From an uncultured Peptococcaceae bacterium (GTDB lineage: Bacteria > Bacillota > Dehalobacteriia > UBA4068 > UBA4997), in NCBI GenBank assembly GCA_937897635.1, contig CALCQI010000012.1, positions 74,512 to 138,511 of the forward strand: DNA of 64,000 nucleotides. Direction: 5' to 3'. Each line of letters starts with the position of its first letter. The first letter of the stretch is position 1. The position numbers and the translations under genes were made by a program. Below are positions 38,496-48,528 of this stretch, one piece after another. The notes under the pieces are model-generated. The model saw nothing but the letters and a program-made list of their open reading frames with translations. It was not told where the DNA came from and ran no database searches.

Positions 38496-39776
38496 CTATA
38501 TAAAATAAAATATAACCATATAAATTGTGGATAATATTATGGATAAAATCATCATGGGGAAACCAAGCTTCAAAAATCTACCAAAACTCAAAGGATAACC
38601 ATGTTTTTCCGCCAAACCTGCCACAACCACGTTAGCGGAAGCACCGATCAAGGTACCGTTGCCGCCCAGGCAAGCGCCCAAGGAAATGGCCCACCATAAG
38701 GAATCAACATTCATACCTGCAGCACCCATTGCTTGGACCATAGGAATAATAGTAGCCACAAAGGGAATATTATCCACAAATGCGGAAACGATTGCCGAAA
38801 ACCAAATTAAAACAACGCCTGTTACCAACAGATTACCTTCAGTTATAGCAATAACTTCTTCTGCCAGTAAGTCAATCAAGCCTGCTTCCCTTAAAGCACC
38901 TACCAAAACGAACAAAGCGGCAAAGAAAAAAATAGTTGGCCATTCCACACTATGTAAAGCATCTTCAACACTGGAACCGCTCAACAACAAAAGTAGGGCG
39001 GCACCTGTTAAGGCAATCAGCGAAGGCTCGTAACCGATAAGGGAATGGGTAAAGAAACCAAGCAAGACCAGGCCAAGCACAAAAAGGCTTTTCTTCAACA
39101 AAGAATGGTCTTTGATGCAAACCTTTTCATCTAACTTCATAATCTTCTGCTTTCTGTCCTCGCTTACATCGAATTTATTTTTGTAAATGATTTTCAAAAC
39201 AGCAAAGGTAACAATAAAAACAACTATACTTATAGGGCCCAAATTAACAACAAAATCCATAAAGCTTAAGCCAACCTGGCTGCCTATCATAATATTGGGC
39301 GGGTCACCGATCAAAGTTGCCGTACCGCCTATATTGGAAGCCAAAATTTCCGGTATCAAAAAAGGTATAGGGTCAATATCCAAAGTCTTGGTTATAACAA
39401 AAGTCATTGGTACTATTAATAGTACTGTGGTAACATTATCCAGAAAGGCCGAGGTAATTGCGGTAATAACACATAAACTAAGCAAAATCTTCCAGGGATC
39501 GCCCTTAACCTTTTTGGCTGCATAAATAGCCAAATACTCAAATACACCTGTTTCCTTGACAATGCCTACAATGATCATCATCCCTATCAGTAAGCCTATT
39601 GTGTTAAAATCCACATGTTCCAGTGCTTTTTCAGGAGATAATACGCCCACAAGCAAAATCAAACAAACCCCACACAAGGAAATTACGGTCCTGTGGATTT
39701 TTTCGCTGATAATAATAGCCAAAACCACCACAAAAACCGCTAATGCAAAAATTGCATTAAAGCCCATTTTTAACAC
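38496..39776 (-). CDS. ArsB/NhaD-family ion transporter (copy 2)
   Basis: Same motifs and length as 35960..37240. Confidence 0.9.
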   Translation of the reverse strand: MLKMGFNAIFALAVFVVVLAIIISEKIHRTVISLCGVCLILLVGVLSPEKALEHVDFNTIGLLIGMMIIVGIVKETGVFEYLAIYAAKKVKGDPWKILLSLCVITAITSAFLDNVTTVLLIVPMTFVITKTLDIDPIPFLIPEILASNIGGTATLIGDPPNIMIGSQVGLSFMDFVVNLGPISIVVFIVTFAVLKIIYKNKFDVSEDRKQKIMKLDEKVCIKDHSLLKKSLFVLGLVLLGFFTHSLIGYEPSLIALTGAALLLLLSGSSVEDALHSVEWPTIFFFAALFVLVGALREAGLIDLLAEEVIAITEGNLLVTGVVLIWFSAIVSAFVDNIPFVATIIPMVQAMGAAGMNVDSLWWAISLGACLGGNGTLIGASANVVVAGLAEKHGYPLSFGRFLKLGFPMMILSIILSTIYMVIFYFI

Positions 39777-40485
39777 CCCTCACTTTTTGTATTTTTGCAA
39801 CAACCCTTGTTTCAAAACCCAAAGTTCGCCCGAACGGATTTTGGAACATTTTAGAAAAGCCCTAATATATACCTACACAAGTTCTTATTCTATATTGTTA
39901 AAGTTTTATTGTCAATTGAAGTATTGTATATATATTTAACTGAAAAACCACTGTATATATAATACCACCCCACAAAATGGATAAAAATTGTTTGCAATTT
40001 TCACAAATTAAATTCATTTCAAACTTCTTAAATTATAACATAAAAAACTAAGCTAAAAAATTATTGTATACTGAATTATAAATACAAATTTCTACCTTAA
40101 AACCCTTTTATTTTACATTAAATATAAAAAACAGGCTTCACGGCCTGTTATAAAAAATTTCATTATAAGTTTCATGATTTCATCCCAAGAAAAACAAAAT
40201 TTCTTCACCAAATGTTTCCTTTTTTACTTGATAATAACATACTAACCTTACCTATGCTTGTGCCAAATAATGGTCTTCTCTCAAATTACGTATTTTTCTA
40301 TATATTTTCATAATTATCACCACAACAATTATATCTTAGAACATATTGTTTTTTATTTGGTTTCAATTTTTCCAAACTTCTCCTCATATGCTTAAATACA
40401 ATCTCTGATCAAAATTAAAATTTGGCTATTGGCAGAGCGTCCCTCGTAATCTGCCACAACATGCAACTTATTTAAAACTTCCTCA

Positions 40486-40863
40486 TCAAATAATATTGAT
40501 CATACATCCCGCAAATGTTCCAATACTCATCTTCGCTAAGTTGTATTTTCCTTCTATCAACAAATTGAAAATGAAATCATCATCAGCTGTTTTTCCATGC
40601 GCTTCCCTCGGTTCCTTACGAAGTGCAATTTCTTCCTCAGTAATTGGCCGACTATTAACATTTGCAAATACAGTATTATTAATACCATCTGTCATACGGG
40701 GAAAGAAATTCTGAATAAGGTCATCTTCATTATTAACATGTAAAATATCTGCATCTACAAACATTCCTATACAAGTACCAATTTGTTCAAAGCTAAAATT
40801 CATTTCAGTTTCAACAGTTGTTTGATTTATCATCGGTTTCCAAATAGTCAAGTTTTTTGTCAT
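40486..40863 (-). CDS. Hypothetical protein, probably a fragment of a decayed gene starting near 41148
   Basis: ORF without a clear RBS; an upstream GGAGG-ATG (~41148) runs into stops. Confidence 0.3.
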   Translation of the reverse strand: MTKNLTIWKPMINQTTVETEMNFSFEQIGTCIGMFVDADILHVNNEDDLIQNFFPRMTDGINNTVFANVNSRPITEEEIALRKEPREAHGKTADDDFIFNLLIEGKYNLAKMSIGTFAGCMINII

Positions 40864-41373
40864 TTAGTTGTTTGCGAATATTTCGGCAATACGGCATATA
40901 CTAATACGTAATTGCTATAAAATCTTTTCCGTTATTTTTAACCTTCAAATGAGCGATCTCATGCAATATTACATACTCTAAACATTCAGTTGACTTTTTC
41001 GTAAGTTGCAAATTAAGCCATATTTTTTTAGTGTTTGTGTTACAGCTTCCCCTTTTGGTGGTCATCTTTTTGAAAACAAAGCAAACAAACTCAATGGGGA
41101 TTAATACCCCATTTTTCGTCAGTCTGCAAAACTTTCATATATTCCATACTTTACCTCCTGCAAATGAATATAACAAATCACATTATATGGCAAAATAGGA
41201 ATAATAATAATACATGGCTCTGATTTTCGTTAAAAATTTTTTGATTATAAAGGAATAAAATTTCTTACTTTAAACCCCAATTTTCCAGTACACAAACCCT
41301 GCTGCCAGCACTCCACACGAATAAAATGACATAAAAAAACCTGTAAAACCACATGGCTACAGGCTTTTTAGAC

Positions 41374-41464
41374 TGGCGGAGGCGGTGAGATTCGAACTCA
41401 CGTGCCGCTTGCGCGACAAACTGATTTCGAGTCAGCCCCGTTATGACCACTTCGATACGCCTCC
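41374..41464 (-). tRNA. tRNA-Ser (anticodon CGA)
   Basis: GGAGGCG...GCTGA-CTCGAAA-TCAGT, long variable arm, GTTCGAATC, ...CGCCTCC-GCCA. Confidence 0.96.
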
Positions 41465-41614
41465 ATATTTTATTTTAATACACACAGCCTTTCGTAGAAG
41501 TCAAGGCAAAGTGTAGAAAAACCGTAGAAATCGGTAAAAAGCTAAATTTTCAAAATCCCTCAAACCCGCATAAACTCAAGGGTATCCCGCATTTTCAAGG
41601 CAACAGACCGAGTG

Positions 41615-41656
41615 GATTTCGAGTGTGCCCCGTTATGACCACTTCGATACCGCTCC
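41615..41656 (-). pseudogene. Orphan 5' half of a tRNA-Ser(CGA), ending at the anticodon loop
   Basis: GGAGCGGTATCGAAGTGGTCATAACGGGGCACACTCGAAATC; 38/42 identical to the 5' half of the intact tRNA. Confidence 0.8.
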
Positions 41657-42008
41657 ATATAAAATATTTTGTTACCTTATAACAAAACTTATTAAATATT
41701 TTAACTATAAAATTAAATTATAACTAGCTATAAAATATTTAATAAGTTTGTTTAGGCTAAGGAATAAGCGGAGCTTGAAAGCCTCAAAAGATACAAAGAT
41801 ATAATATCACAAATAGTTTTACTGTGCAAGCAACAAGCTGTTTTCAAAAAAACAATGAGTTTATTACTAAATAGTATTATAAAAATTTATTTTTAATGGA
41901 AATTGAAAAAGCAGCACTCATCTTTCAATAATTTTACATTTTAACAAGGTGATGCTGCCTTTTACTTTATTCAATTAAGGTAAAAATTTATATTTTATAA
42001 AGCTAATC

Positions 42009-42599
42009 TTAAATTTTGATAGTATTGGTAGCATTATTCATTTTAGCAACTATATTGTACATATTGGAAATACTACCCACCGCCAACTGTTCGGTAAGTC
42101 CATAAAAGTTCAAGCAGGCACCGCAGGTAAGTATTTCCACACCCAGTGCCTCCAAAGCCTGTATAGTATCTGCCTCACCTGTTTCCACACAATTCAGGAA
42201 AACACCGCTGTTTATAAAAATAAGGGTATTGGGTTTTTTATCGGCCTCGGTAAGCGTATATAAATATGTTTTCATAAGCGCTCTACCAAATTCTTCACTG
42301 CCAACACCAAACTGATCGCTGGTTACAACTATAACCAAATTTTCTTCCTGCTTTACTGCTTGTTCCTCGGCATCTTTATCCTTTACGGTAGTTACATTAT
42401 AAATGCCGCCTTCTTCTTCATAGCTTACCTGATAGCCAAGGCTGTTGGCAAAGTCCACCAAATTATCCAAGGCTATTTTATTATCCACTATAGTTAAAAC
42501 TTCTCCTTCCGCCATGTTATCAAGTGCTTTTTTTGTTGCAATGATGGGTTTAGGACACTGCCAGCCCAAGGCGTTAATGGTTTGCTTCACTGTAAACAC
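42009..42599 (-). CDS. yedF: Sulfurtransferase-like selenium metabolism protein YedF (TusA + DsrE domains)
   Basis: 'ALGWQCPKPII.TKKAL'; 'FINSGVFL', 'CGACLNFYGL', 'VGSISNMY'. Confidence 0.88.
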   Translation of the reverse strand: MFTVKQTINALGWQCPKPIIATKKALDNMAEGEVLTIVDNKIALDNLVDFANSLGYQVSYEEEGGIYNVTTVKDKDAEEQAVKQEENLVIVVTSDQFGVGSEEFGRALMKTYLYTLTEADKKPNTLIFINSGVFLNCVETGEADTIQALEALGVEILTCGACLNFYGLTEQLAVGSISNMYNIVAKMNNATNTIKI

Positions 42600-43867
42600 T
42601 CCTTTGATTTTATTTGCCTTTTGACTAATCGATTCATAAAAGGTTTTATACCGTATTCTGCTTTCAACTCGGCTTTATAAGGTAGATTTGCTGTTATTTT
42701 AGACAGATCCACCTTAAAGCTTTCATCAAAAATATTAAGTACCAATTTTAAATTTTCACCATCAAAACTACCACTGTAATTAACCACACCGTCATAAGCA
42801 AAAATTATTTCGTCCAATGTTCCTATATCAACAGGATCGTTTAACCTGCCTTTTACTTTATCCAAACGCCTAAGCACAGTACCACAGGCACAGGGGCCCG
42901 GCAAAAAACGCCCTCTATCCCCCGTAGCATAGCGTATAAACGGCATGGCTTTACGGGTAAGTGTAGTAAAAACTATTTCACCATATTCCCCCACAGACAC
43001 ATTTTTACCGGTTTGGGGGTTCACCACTTCAAAAAGCATATCCGCCTCACGCAAATGGTAACCTTCCCCAGCTTTGCAGGAAACCCCACCGCCCAAGCCC
43101 ATTTCCGTCATGCCATAATGCTCGTATACAAGACAGTTGAAAATACTTTCCAACTTTTTTACCAAGCTTGCTGCAACGTAATCCGTACTTAATAAAATAG
43201 CGTTTAAATTGATTTTTACAGCAGACTTTTCAAGCTTGCTCTTGTAATAATAAGCCAACAACAGCATTTGTACAGGGTTTGCCACTACTACCTGTGGTTG
43301 TTCGGCAGACATGAAGCTGAGCAATTTTTCACAACCATCCACTATACCGTAAGGAAGCGGGCAAGCTCCAAAACGCCTTAAAGCAGTGGCCAGCAAATCT
43401 CCCACACAACCGGGGGTAGCACTTGGCAAAAGGATGAGTACCTTATCACCATATTTGGTAAAAGTTTGCATACCATTAGCAAAAAAATCTACAGTAAGCT
43501 CTTGATCGCTTTCCGTAAAATAAACCCGTTTAGCTTCACCCGTGGTACCACTGCTTGCAAGCGTAACTATCCTATGGATTTCATCTTGTCCTACACAAAG
43601 CATTTGTTTGCCGAATTTGCGCAAGTCATGCTCATTTATCAAGGGCAGCTTTTCTATATTCGTAAAACCATTACATGCTGTTAAATCAATATCCGTATAG
43701 AGTTTTTTATAAAAAGGAGACAGCCTTTTGGCACGGAAAAAATTTGCCCAAAAAGCCGTTTCCTGATATTGCCGCAAAGCATTTTCTGTTAAACGGCTAC
43801 CGCTTATAAATGCGGTTTTTTCATCTATCCAAGGCTCCAGCGGCGTTATTTTAAGTATATCTGCCAT
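42587..43867 (-). CDS. AMP-dependent CoA ligase, PaaK-like (DVU_1553 type)
   Basis: 'SSGTTGEAKR', 'HYGMTEMG', 'IRYATGD', 'GR'. Confidence 0.82.
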   Translation of the reverse strand: MADILKITPLEPWIDEKTAFISGSRLTENALRQYQETAFWANFFRAKRLSPFYKKLYTDIDLTACNGFTNIEKLPLINEHDLRKFGKQMLCVGQDEIHRIVTLASSGTTGEAKRVYFTESDQELTVDFFANGMQTFTKYGDKVLILLPSATPGCVGDLLATALRRFGACPLPYGIVDGCEKLLSFMSAEQPQVVVANPVQMLLLAYYYKSKLEKSAVKINLNAILLSTDYVAASLVKKLESIFNCLVYEHYGMTEMGLGGGVSCKAGEGYHLREADMLFEVVNPQTGKNVSVGEYGEIVFTTLTRKAMPFIRYATGDRGRFLPGPCACGTVLRRLDKVKGRLNDPVDIGTLDEIIFAYDGVVNYSGSFDGENLKLVLNIFDESFKVDLSKITANLPYKAELKAEYGIKPFMNRLVKRQIKSKECLQ

Positions 43868-45233
43868 ATAGGTTCCTGCCTTCCGTATCCGTTAAATTAT
43901 AGGCACAGAAAGGTATAAGCCTATGTGCCGGGGTGGCTACATACACTCTGCACTTTTGCAAACGCTCCAAGTCCAAATTCCAGCAATCCTGAAAGGCCAT
44001 GGCGGTTATACTGAAACCATTGATATTAATACGTTTGATAAAGCTGTCCCAATCCGTAAAATCATAATCCGCTCCCCTGGCAGAAGCTTTAAGTTTTTGG
44101 CTTTGGCTCCATTTTTGGGCTATATAATTTCTGGCCTGCACGATAGCATCCTGTTTGCAGGAACAGCAGCCCGCGGCTTTAGGCGCGGCAATGGAAGTTA
44201 TGGAGCCATCCTCCATTTGCACAAAATTGCCGTGGAAAGAACACAAGCAATGCCCCGAAAGCAAGGGCAAGAAATCCACTGCTTTCAACCTGCTGCCGCT
44301 TTGCTCTTCTATAGCGCTTAAAAGCTGGGGTATGGTAAAACGCTCATCATCTTGCGGTGCTTTGGGGAATCGCCCAAAATAGCTTACGGGCTGAAAATGG
44401 ATGCCCCTTACCGCAGGCAGGTTTGCCAGCATAAAATCTATGATACTGCCTATATTATCCGTATTTATTTTCGGTACAGCCGTAACTACCAATACAACGC
44501 CCAAACCTGCCTTACGGCAGTTCGCTATGGCCTTCTTTTTGGTTTCAAATAAAGCTTCGTTACGAATTGCACGGTAAATTTCATCATCAGTACCATCAAA
44601 CTGCAAAAATACTATATTCAGCCCCGCCTTGGCCAAGCTTTGAGTATAAGCTTCCGATTCCGCCAAACGCTTACCGTTGGTATTGAGCTGAAGGTAAGGA
44701 AAGCCTTTGCTTTTAGCCAATGCTATTATTTCAAGCAAGTCCTCCCTCATGGTGGGCTCACCGCCTGAAAGCTGCAGGAAGAAAGGATCCTGCTTATTTT
44801 TTTGCATTAAAAAATCAAACAGGCTATCCAGTTCCGCCAAGCTCATTTCAGGCATTTGGCTGCCCGCATCCGCAAAACAATACTTGCAAGCCTGGTTACA
44901 GCGCTGCGTAAGTTCTATCAAAACACAGCAGGCTTCCTGTTTATGTTCTGGGCAAATCCCGCAATCATAGGGACAACCCTTCAACGCGGCAGTTTCATTA
45001 TGTGAGGGCTCGGTATTGTTTTCTTGCCTGAGCCATTCTTGATAATATGGTTTACCCTGCCAAACCAAGGTTTTAAAAAAACCATGTTCAGGACAGGTTT
45101 TTTCCAAATAGATATTTTTACCGTAGGCAACTCTTTCTGCCGCTATACGCTCTAAACAAACAGGGCAAACGCTCCAAGTTTGCTTTAAGACTTCCCGTTT
45201 AAGCAGTGCAGCTTTGATTTGTTTTTTCTGCAT
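43851..45233 (-). CDS. Radical SAM protein, TrsS-like (DVU_1554 type)
   Basis: N-terminal 'CPVC...CPEHG', 'CPYDCGIC..H', CxxxCxxC 'CNQACKYC', 'GGEPT', C-terminal 'IPFCAYNL'. Confidence 0.85.
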   Translation of the reverse strand: MQKKQIKAALLKREVLKQTWSVCPVCLERIAAERVAYGKNIYLEKTCPEHGFFKTLVWQGKPYYQEWLRQENNTEPSHNETAALKGCPYDCGICPEHKQEACCVLIELTQRCNQACKYCFADAGSQMPEMSLAELDSLFDFLMQKNKQDPFFLQLSGGEPTMREDLLEIIALAKSKGFPYLQLNTNGKRLAESEAYTQSLAKAGLNIVFLQFDGTDDEIYRAIRNEALFETKKKAIANCRKAGLGVVLVVTAVPKINTDNIGSIIDFMLANLPAVRGIHFQPVSYFGRFPKAPQDDERFTIPQLLSAIEEQSGSRLKAVDFLPLLSGHCLCSFHGNFVQMEDGSITSIAAPKAAGCCSCKQDAIVQARNYIAQKWSQSQKLKASARGADYDFTDWDSFIKRININGFSITAMAFQDCWNLDLERLQKCRVYVATPAHRLIPFCAYNLTDTEGRNLYGRYT

Positions 45234-45244
45234 AAACACTTCCC

Positions 45245-45955
45245 CTAACCTTTTTGCCAAACCGCCAAATAATAACCTATTTTAATACCTTGCAAGCTTT
45301 CTTGAATAGTACAGGCTTTACTGCAATCATTGACCAGGCTTTGCCAAAACAAAGCCATAGAACCGTAATTCATGATCAGCCCTGCCAAAAAACCTTTAAA
45401 AAGCAGTGTTTTATCCTGCCAGGCCAAAAGCTCAAAACCGTTTTCTGCCATTTCCTGCTTTATTTCAGCCTCGCTTTTCATACCGTTTATACAAGTAACA
45501 AGCGGCAAGCCCTTAAAAGGCTTGGTGCTTTCCCTTATGTAAAGATCACTCGCTACCAGTTTACCTTCCGCACGCAATACTCTTTTCATTTCCTTAAAGG
45601 CCGCTTTTTTATCTTCCAACAGGCTCAATACACATTCAGCTAAAATCCCGTCAAAACTGTTTTTTTCATAAGGCAAGGCATAAGCAGTGCCCACTCTTAT
45701 ATCCAAGGCGGGAGCAAGCTTTTTGCCTTTTGCTATCAAAGCTTCCGAAATATCTATGCCACTCATCTTATACATTGCATCAAGATTTGCCACAGTTTTA
45801 CCTACACCGCAGCCTAAATCCAAAAGCCTGTCCCCTTTAGCAAAACCTGCCAGCTTTACAGCTTCCAAACTTAATTCAGCTCCGCCCGGCCTTAAAATAT
45901 CCTCGGCAAAATGCTGGAATTCTTTATTTTCATATAGCTTATTATCGGTATTCAT
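45245..45955 (-). CDS. SAM-dependent methyltransferase (DVU_1556/TrsM type)
   Basis: 'LRPGG', 'LLDLGCGVG', 'AECVLSL'. Confidence 0.85.
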   Translation of the reverse strand: MNTDNKLYENKEFQHFAEDILRPGGAELSLEAVKLAGFAKGDRLLDLGCGVGKTVANLDAMYKMSGIDISEALIAKGKKLAPALDIRVGTAYALPYEKNSFDGILAECVLSLLEDKKAAFKEMKRVLRAEGKLVASDLYIRESTKPFKGLPLVTCINGMKSEAEIKQEMAENGFELLAWQDKTLLFKGFLAGLIMNYGSMALFWQSLVNDCSKACTIQESLQGIKIGYYLAVWQKG

Positions 45956-45958
45956 ATT

Positions 45959-46174
45959 TTATTTTTGCTCCAATGATTCTTCCACTTCCTGCGCTTTACC
46001 CAAGGCAAGCTCTTCAGAAATATAAGGTTGACCGCATTGGGGGCAACGCAATATCCTAGTAGGGAAAGTGCTTTTTAAATAAGTCATGTTCACTTTTAAA
46101 AGTTCCAATTCCTTATCGCAATTAACACAACAGATATGCTCGTTATTTTCAATGTTTACTTCAAAATCGCTCAT
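45959..46174 (-). CDS. Small CxxC-CxxC protein (DVU_1557 type)
   Basis: 'CVNC...CPQCGQPYISEELA.GK..EVE..LE.K'. Confidence 0.8.
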   Translation of the reverse strand: MSDFEVNIENNEHICCVNCDKELELLKVNMTYLKSTFPTRILRCPQCGQPYISEELALGKAQEVEESLEQK

Positions 46175-46176
46175 TT

Positions 46177-48449
46177 TTAATCCTCCAAAATATGGATGCG
46201 GTGGCTGTAAGCATTGAAAATCTCAAAGCCATCCGCCTTGGGCAAATATTCAACCCAGTAGGTGATGATGCCTGGCTTATGCCCTATTATAAAGTGCCCG
46301 TCAGCAGGGCGGATAAGCTTTTTGCCGGAAGCATTGGCAGCGGCTATAACCTGCCTTATATTTGTTTCCGTGATCAGCCTTTCTTCTAAAACTTCTTTTA
46401 CTTCATCACTTATAAACAACTTTATTTCACTATTTGGCACAGGCATTTTTTCATGCCAGTATTTTTGCAAGAGCTTCTGCTTTAATTTTATGCGGTTAGC
46501 TTCCTTTTGGCTGATATTGGCACCTTTTTGCAAAGCTTTTTTGGGGCTGTCCTTGCCCCAAATAATATCTAAAATATGGTAAGCAGGTTTGCCCGCATTT
46601 ACAAAGAAATCTCTGCAAACACTGCAATAGGCTACATAGGGCAGCTTACTTTCTTCTGCTCTGGCTTGTACAAATTCTTTGGCCATTTTTTTATCACCGT
46701 AAAATACCAAACCACCATAACCGCAGCATCTGGTTTTTTCCCTGCTGAATTCCAATTCCTCTACTTTATAACCTGTTTCATCAAGGATTTGGCGTACTGC
46801 TTCCTGGATTTCTCCTTCGTGCCGTGCCGTACAGGTATCGTGAACCGCCACGCTCTTCGGCTCTCTTGCCACTTCGGGAAGACCATGCTCGGCAAAAACC
46901 TCCCATAAGCTCAAAAGCTTCATTTCAGGCCTGGCTGCCTTAAATTGCTGGTAACAGGTGGTACATCCCACTATCATTGTGGGTTCTCCCATATCCTGCC
47001 ATTTAGCAATCAACTCCGCCATAGTTTCATTAAACAACTTTTCCTGGCCTGCCCAATCCGCAGGGGCTCCGCAGCAGCCTAAAAATAAGCCAACCTTGCC
47101 TAATTTTTCCAATAAATAATCATAACACGGGCTTATATATTCACTCATGGTTGCCGCCATTTGACAGCCGGGAAAAAACAAATATTCGCTTTTTTTTAGT
47201 TGGGGCGCATGCTTGCACAAGCTGAATTCATCACTGTTGGAAAACAACATATCCCGTACGGGAAAATCATAAATGGCGGGTGAAAGCTCATTTTTTTTCA
47301 CCATTTCCTGCCCGATTTTATGACCTCGGGCATTTGAATGCTGTTAGGACAAAGCTCCTTGCATAAACCACACAAAGTGCAAGCTACAATCAGGTTTTTA
47401 GCTGAACGGGAACCACCGCCCAAAAGACTTATCGTATTGGCTATTTCCCGTATATAAAGACGGGGGAATCTACCAAAACGTTTTAAAAATTTACATTCTC
47501 TTACACATACCAAACAATGGCAGTCAAGACAGCGTTTTGCTTCCTGCTGTAATTCCTCGTCAGTATATTCTCCCCCTGTTTTTGGGGTACGGAGCACTTT
47601 TTCTACACCGTTTATATCCGTATAAAGCTCGGTTTCATAAGGTTCTTCATGATAACGGGCCGCAGTTAAGGAAACTTTTTTCAAAAACCTATCCATAGAA
47701 ATAGCAGCACGCCTGCCTTCATTAATAGATTGTACCACTGAATAAGGCTCGCCTTCTCTTAATATACTGCCACCTATAAAAATTTTAGGATTTGCGTTTT
47801 GCAAGGTTTTGGGGTCTGCCTTAAGCTCTATATCAAGAGCAGTAAAATTGGCAGCACCACTTATATAAATGCTGTCAAACTGCTCCAATATTTCTTCATA
47901 ACTTATATCCTTACCTATTTCTGTATTAAAATGAAATTCTATATCTGCTTGGGTAACGGGAACAAAATCCAAGGCTATGTTTTCTTCACTTATATGAGGA
48001 AATTCCAGCAATTTGCCACCCAATTTATTTGTTTTTTCAAATACTGTTATATTGAAACCTTTTTCATACAAAAACCAGGCCACCGCCATACCGCTTACAC
48101 CACCGCCAACTATAGCTACAGTTTTGTTTATTTTCATATAAGGTATTATTTTTTGCTGGGGTAAAGCTCCCTTTGCCACAATGGCTTTTTCCATGGCATT
48201 TATAGCAATACCATCATCCAATTCCGCTCTTTTGCAGGCTCTTTCGCAAGGCGCAGGACACATGGCGGCAATAAGCCGCGGAAACATAGCCTGCTTTTGT
48301 AAAAGCAAGGCTGCCTCATCAAAAGACTTTGTCTTAACTAAATTTATCAGACTGCGCATCTGCACATGCAAAGGGCAGCTAGCCTGGCATTTAGGCGCAT
48401 GTTCCTCTATGCACTGTACTTCCGTTTTCATCATTTGTTTGGAATCCAT
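46177..48449 (-). pseudogene. Pyridine nucleotide-disulfide oxidoreductase / CCG-domain Fe-S protein split by a frameshift near 47305
   Basis: N-part: GltD-like Fe-S, GGGVSG and ferredoxin motifs, ends KSGRKW*. C-part in another frame: (QE)MVKKNEL...FFPGC, GCCG, HDTC, CCG. Confidence 0.7.
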
Positions 48450-48528
48450 AAGCTCTCCTTAACAAAATAAAAAATGACAAACCGAACCCCGAACTTAAAG
48501 CCCGGGGTATAGTTTGCCCAATTATCTG

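Larger units (their letters stand above)
35338..40045. repeat. Diverged tandem duplication of a ~2.2-2.5 kb unit (leader + transporter + 152-aa gene + terminator)
   Basis: Paralogous ORF pairs; near-identical terminators (35346-35380, 37883-37915); similar upstream regions. Confidence 0.9.

Noticed and set aside
41265-41450. 61-aa ORF
   Set aside because: It is a translation of the tRNA-Ser gene
43851-45260. Selenoprotein form of the TrsS-like radical SAM
   Set aside because: The ORF is continuous with Cys codons and has no in-frame TGA
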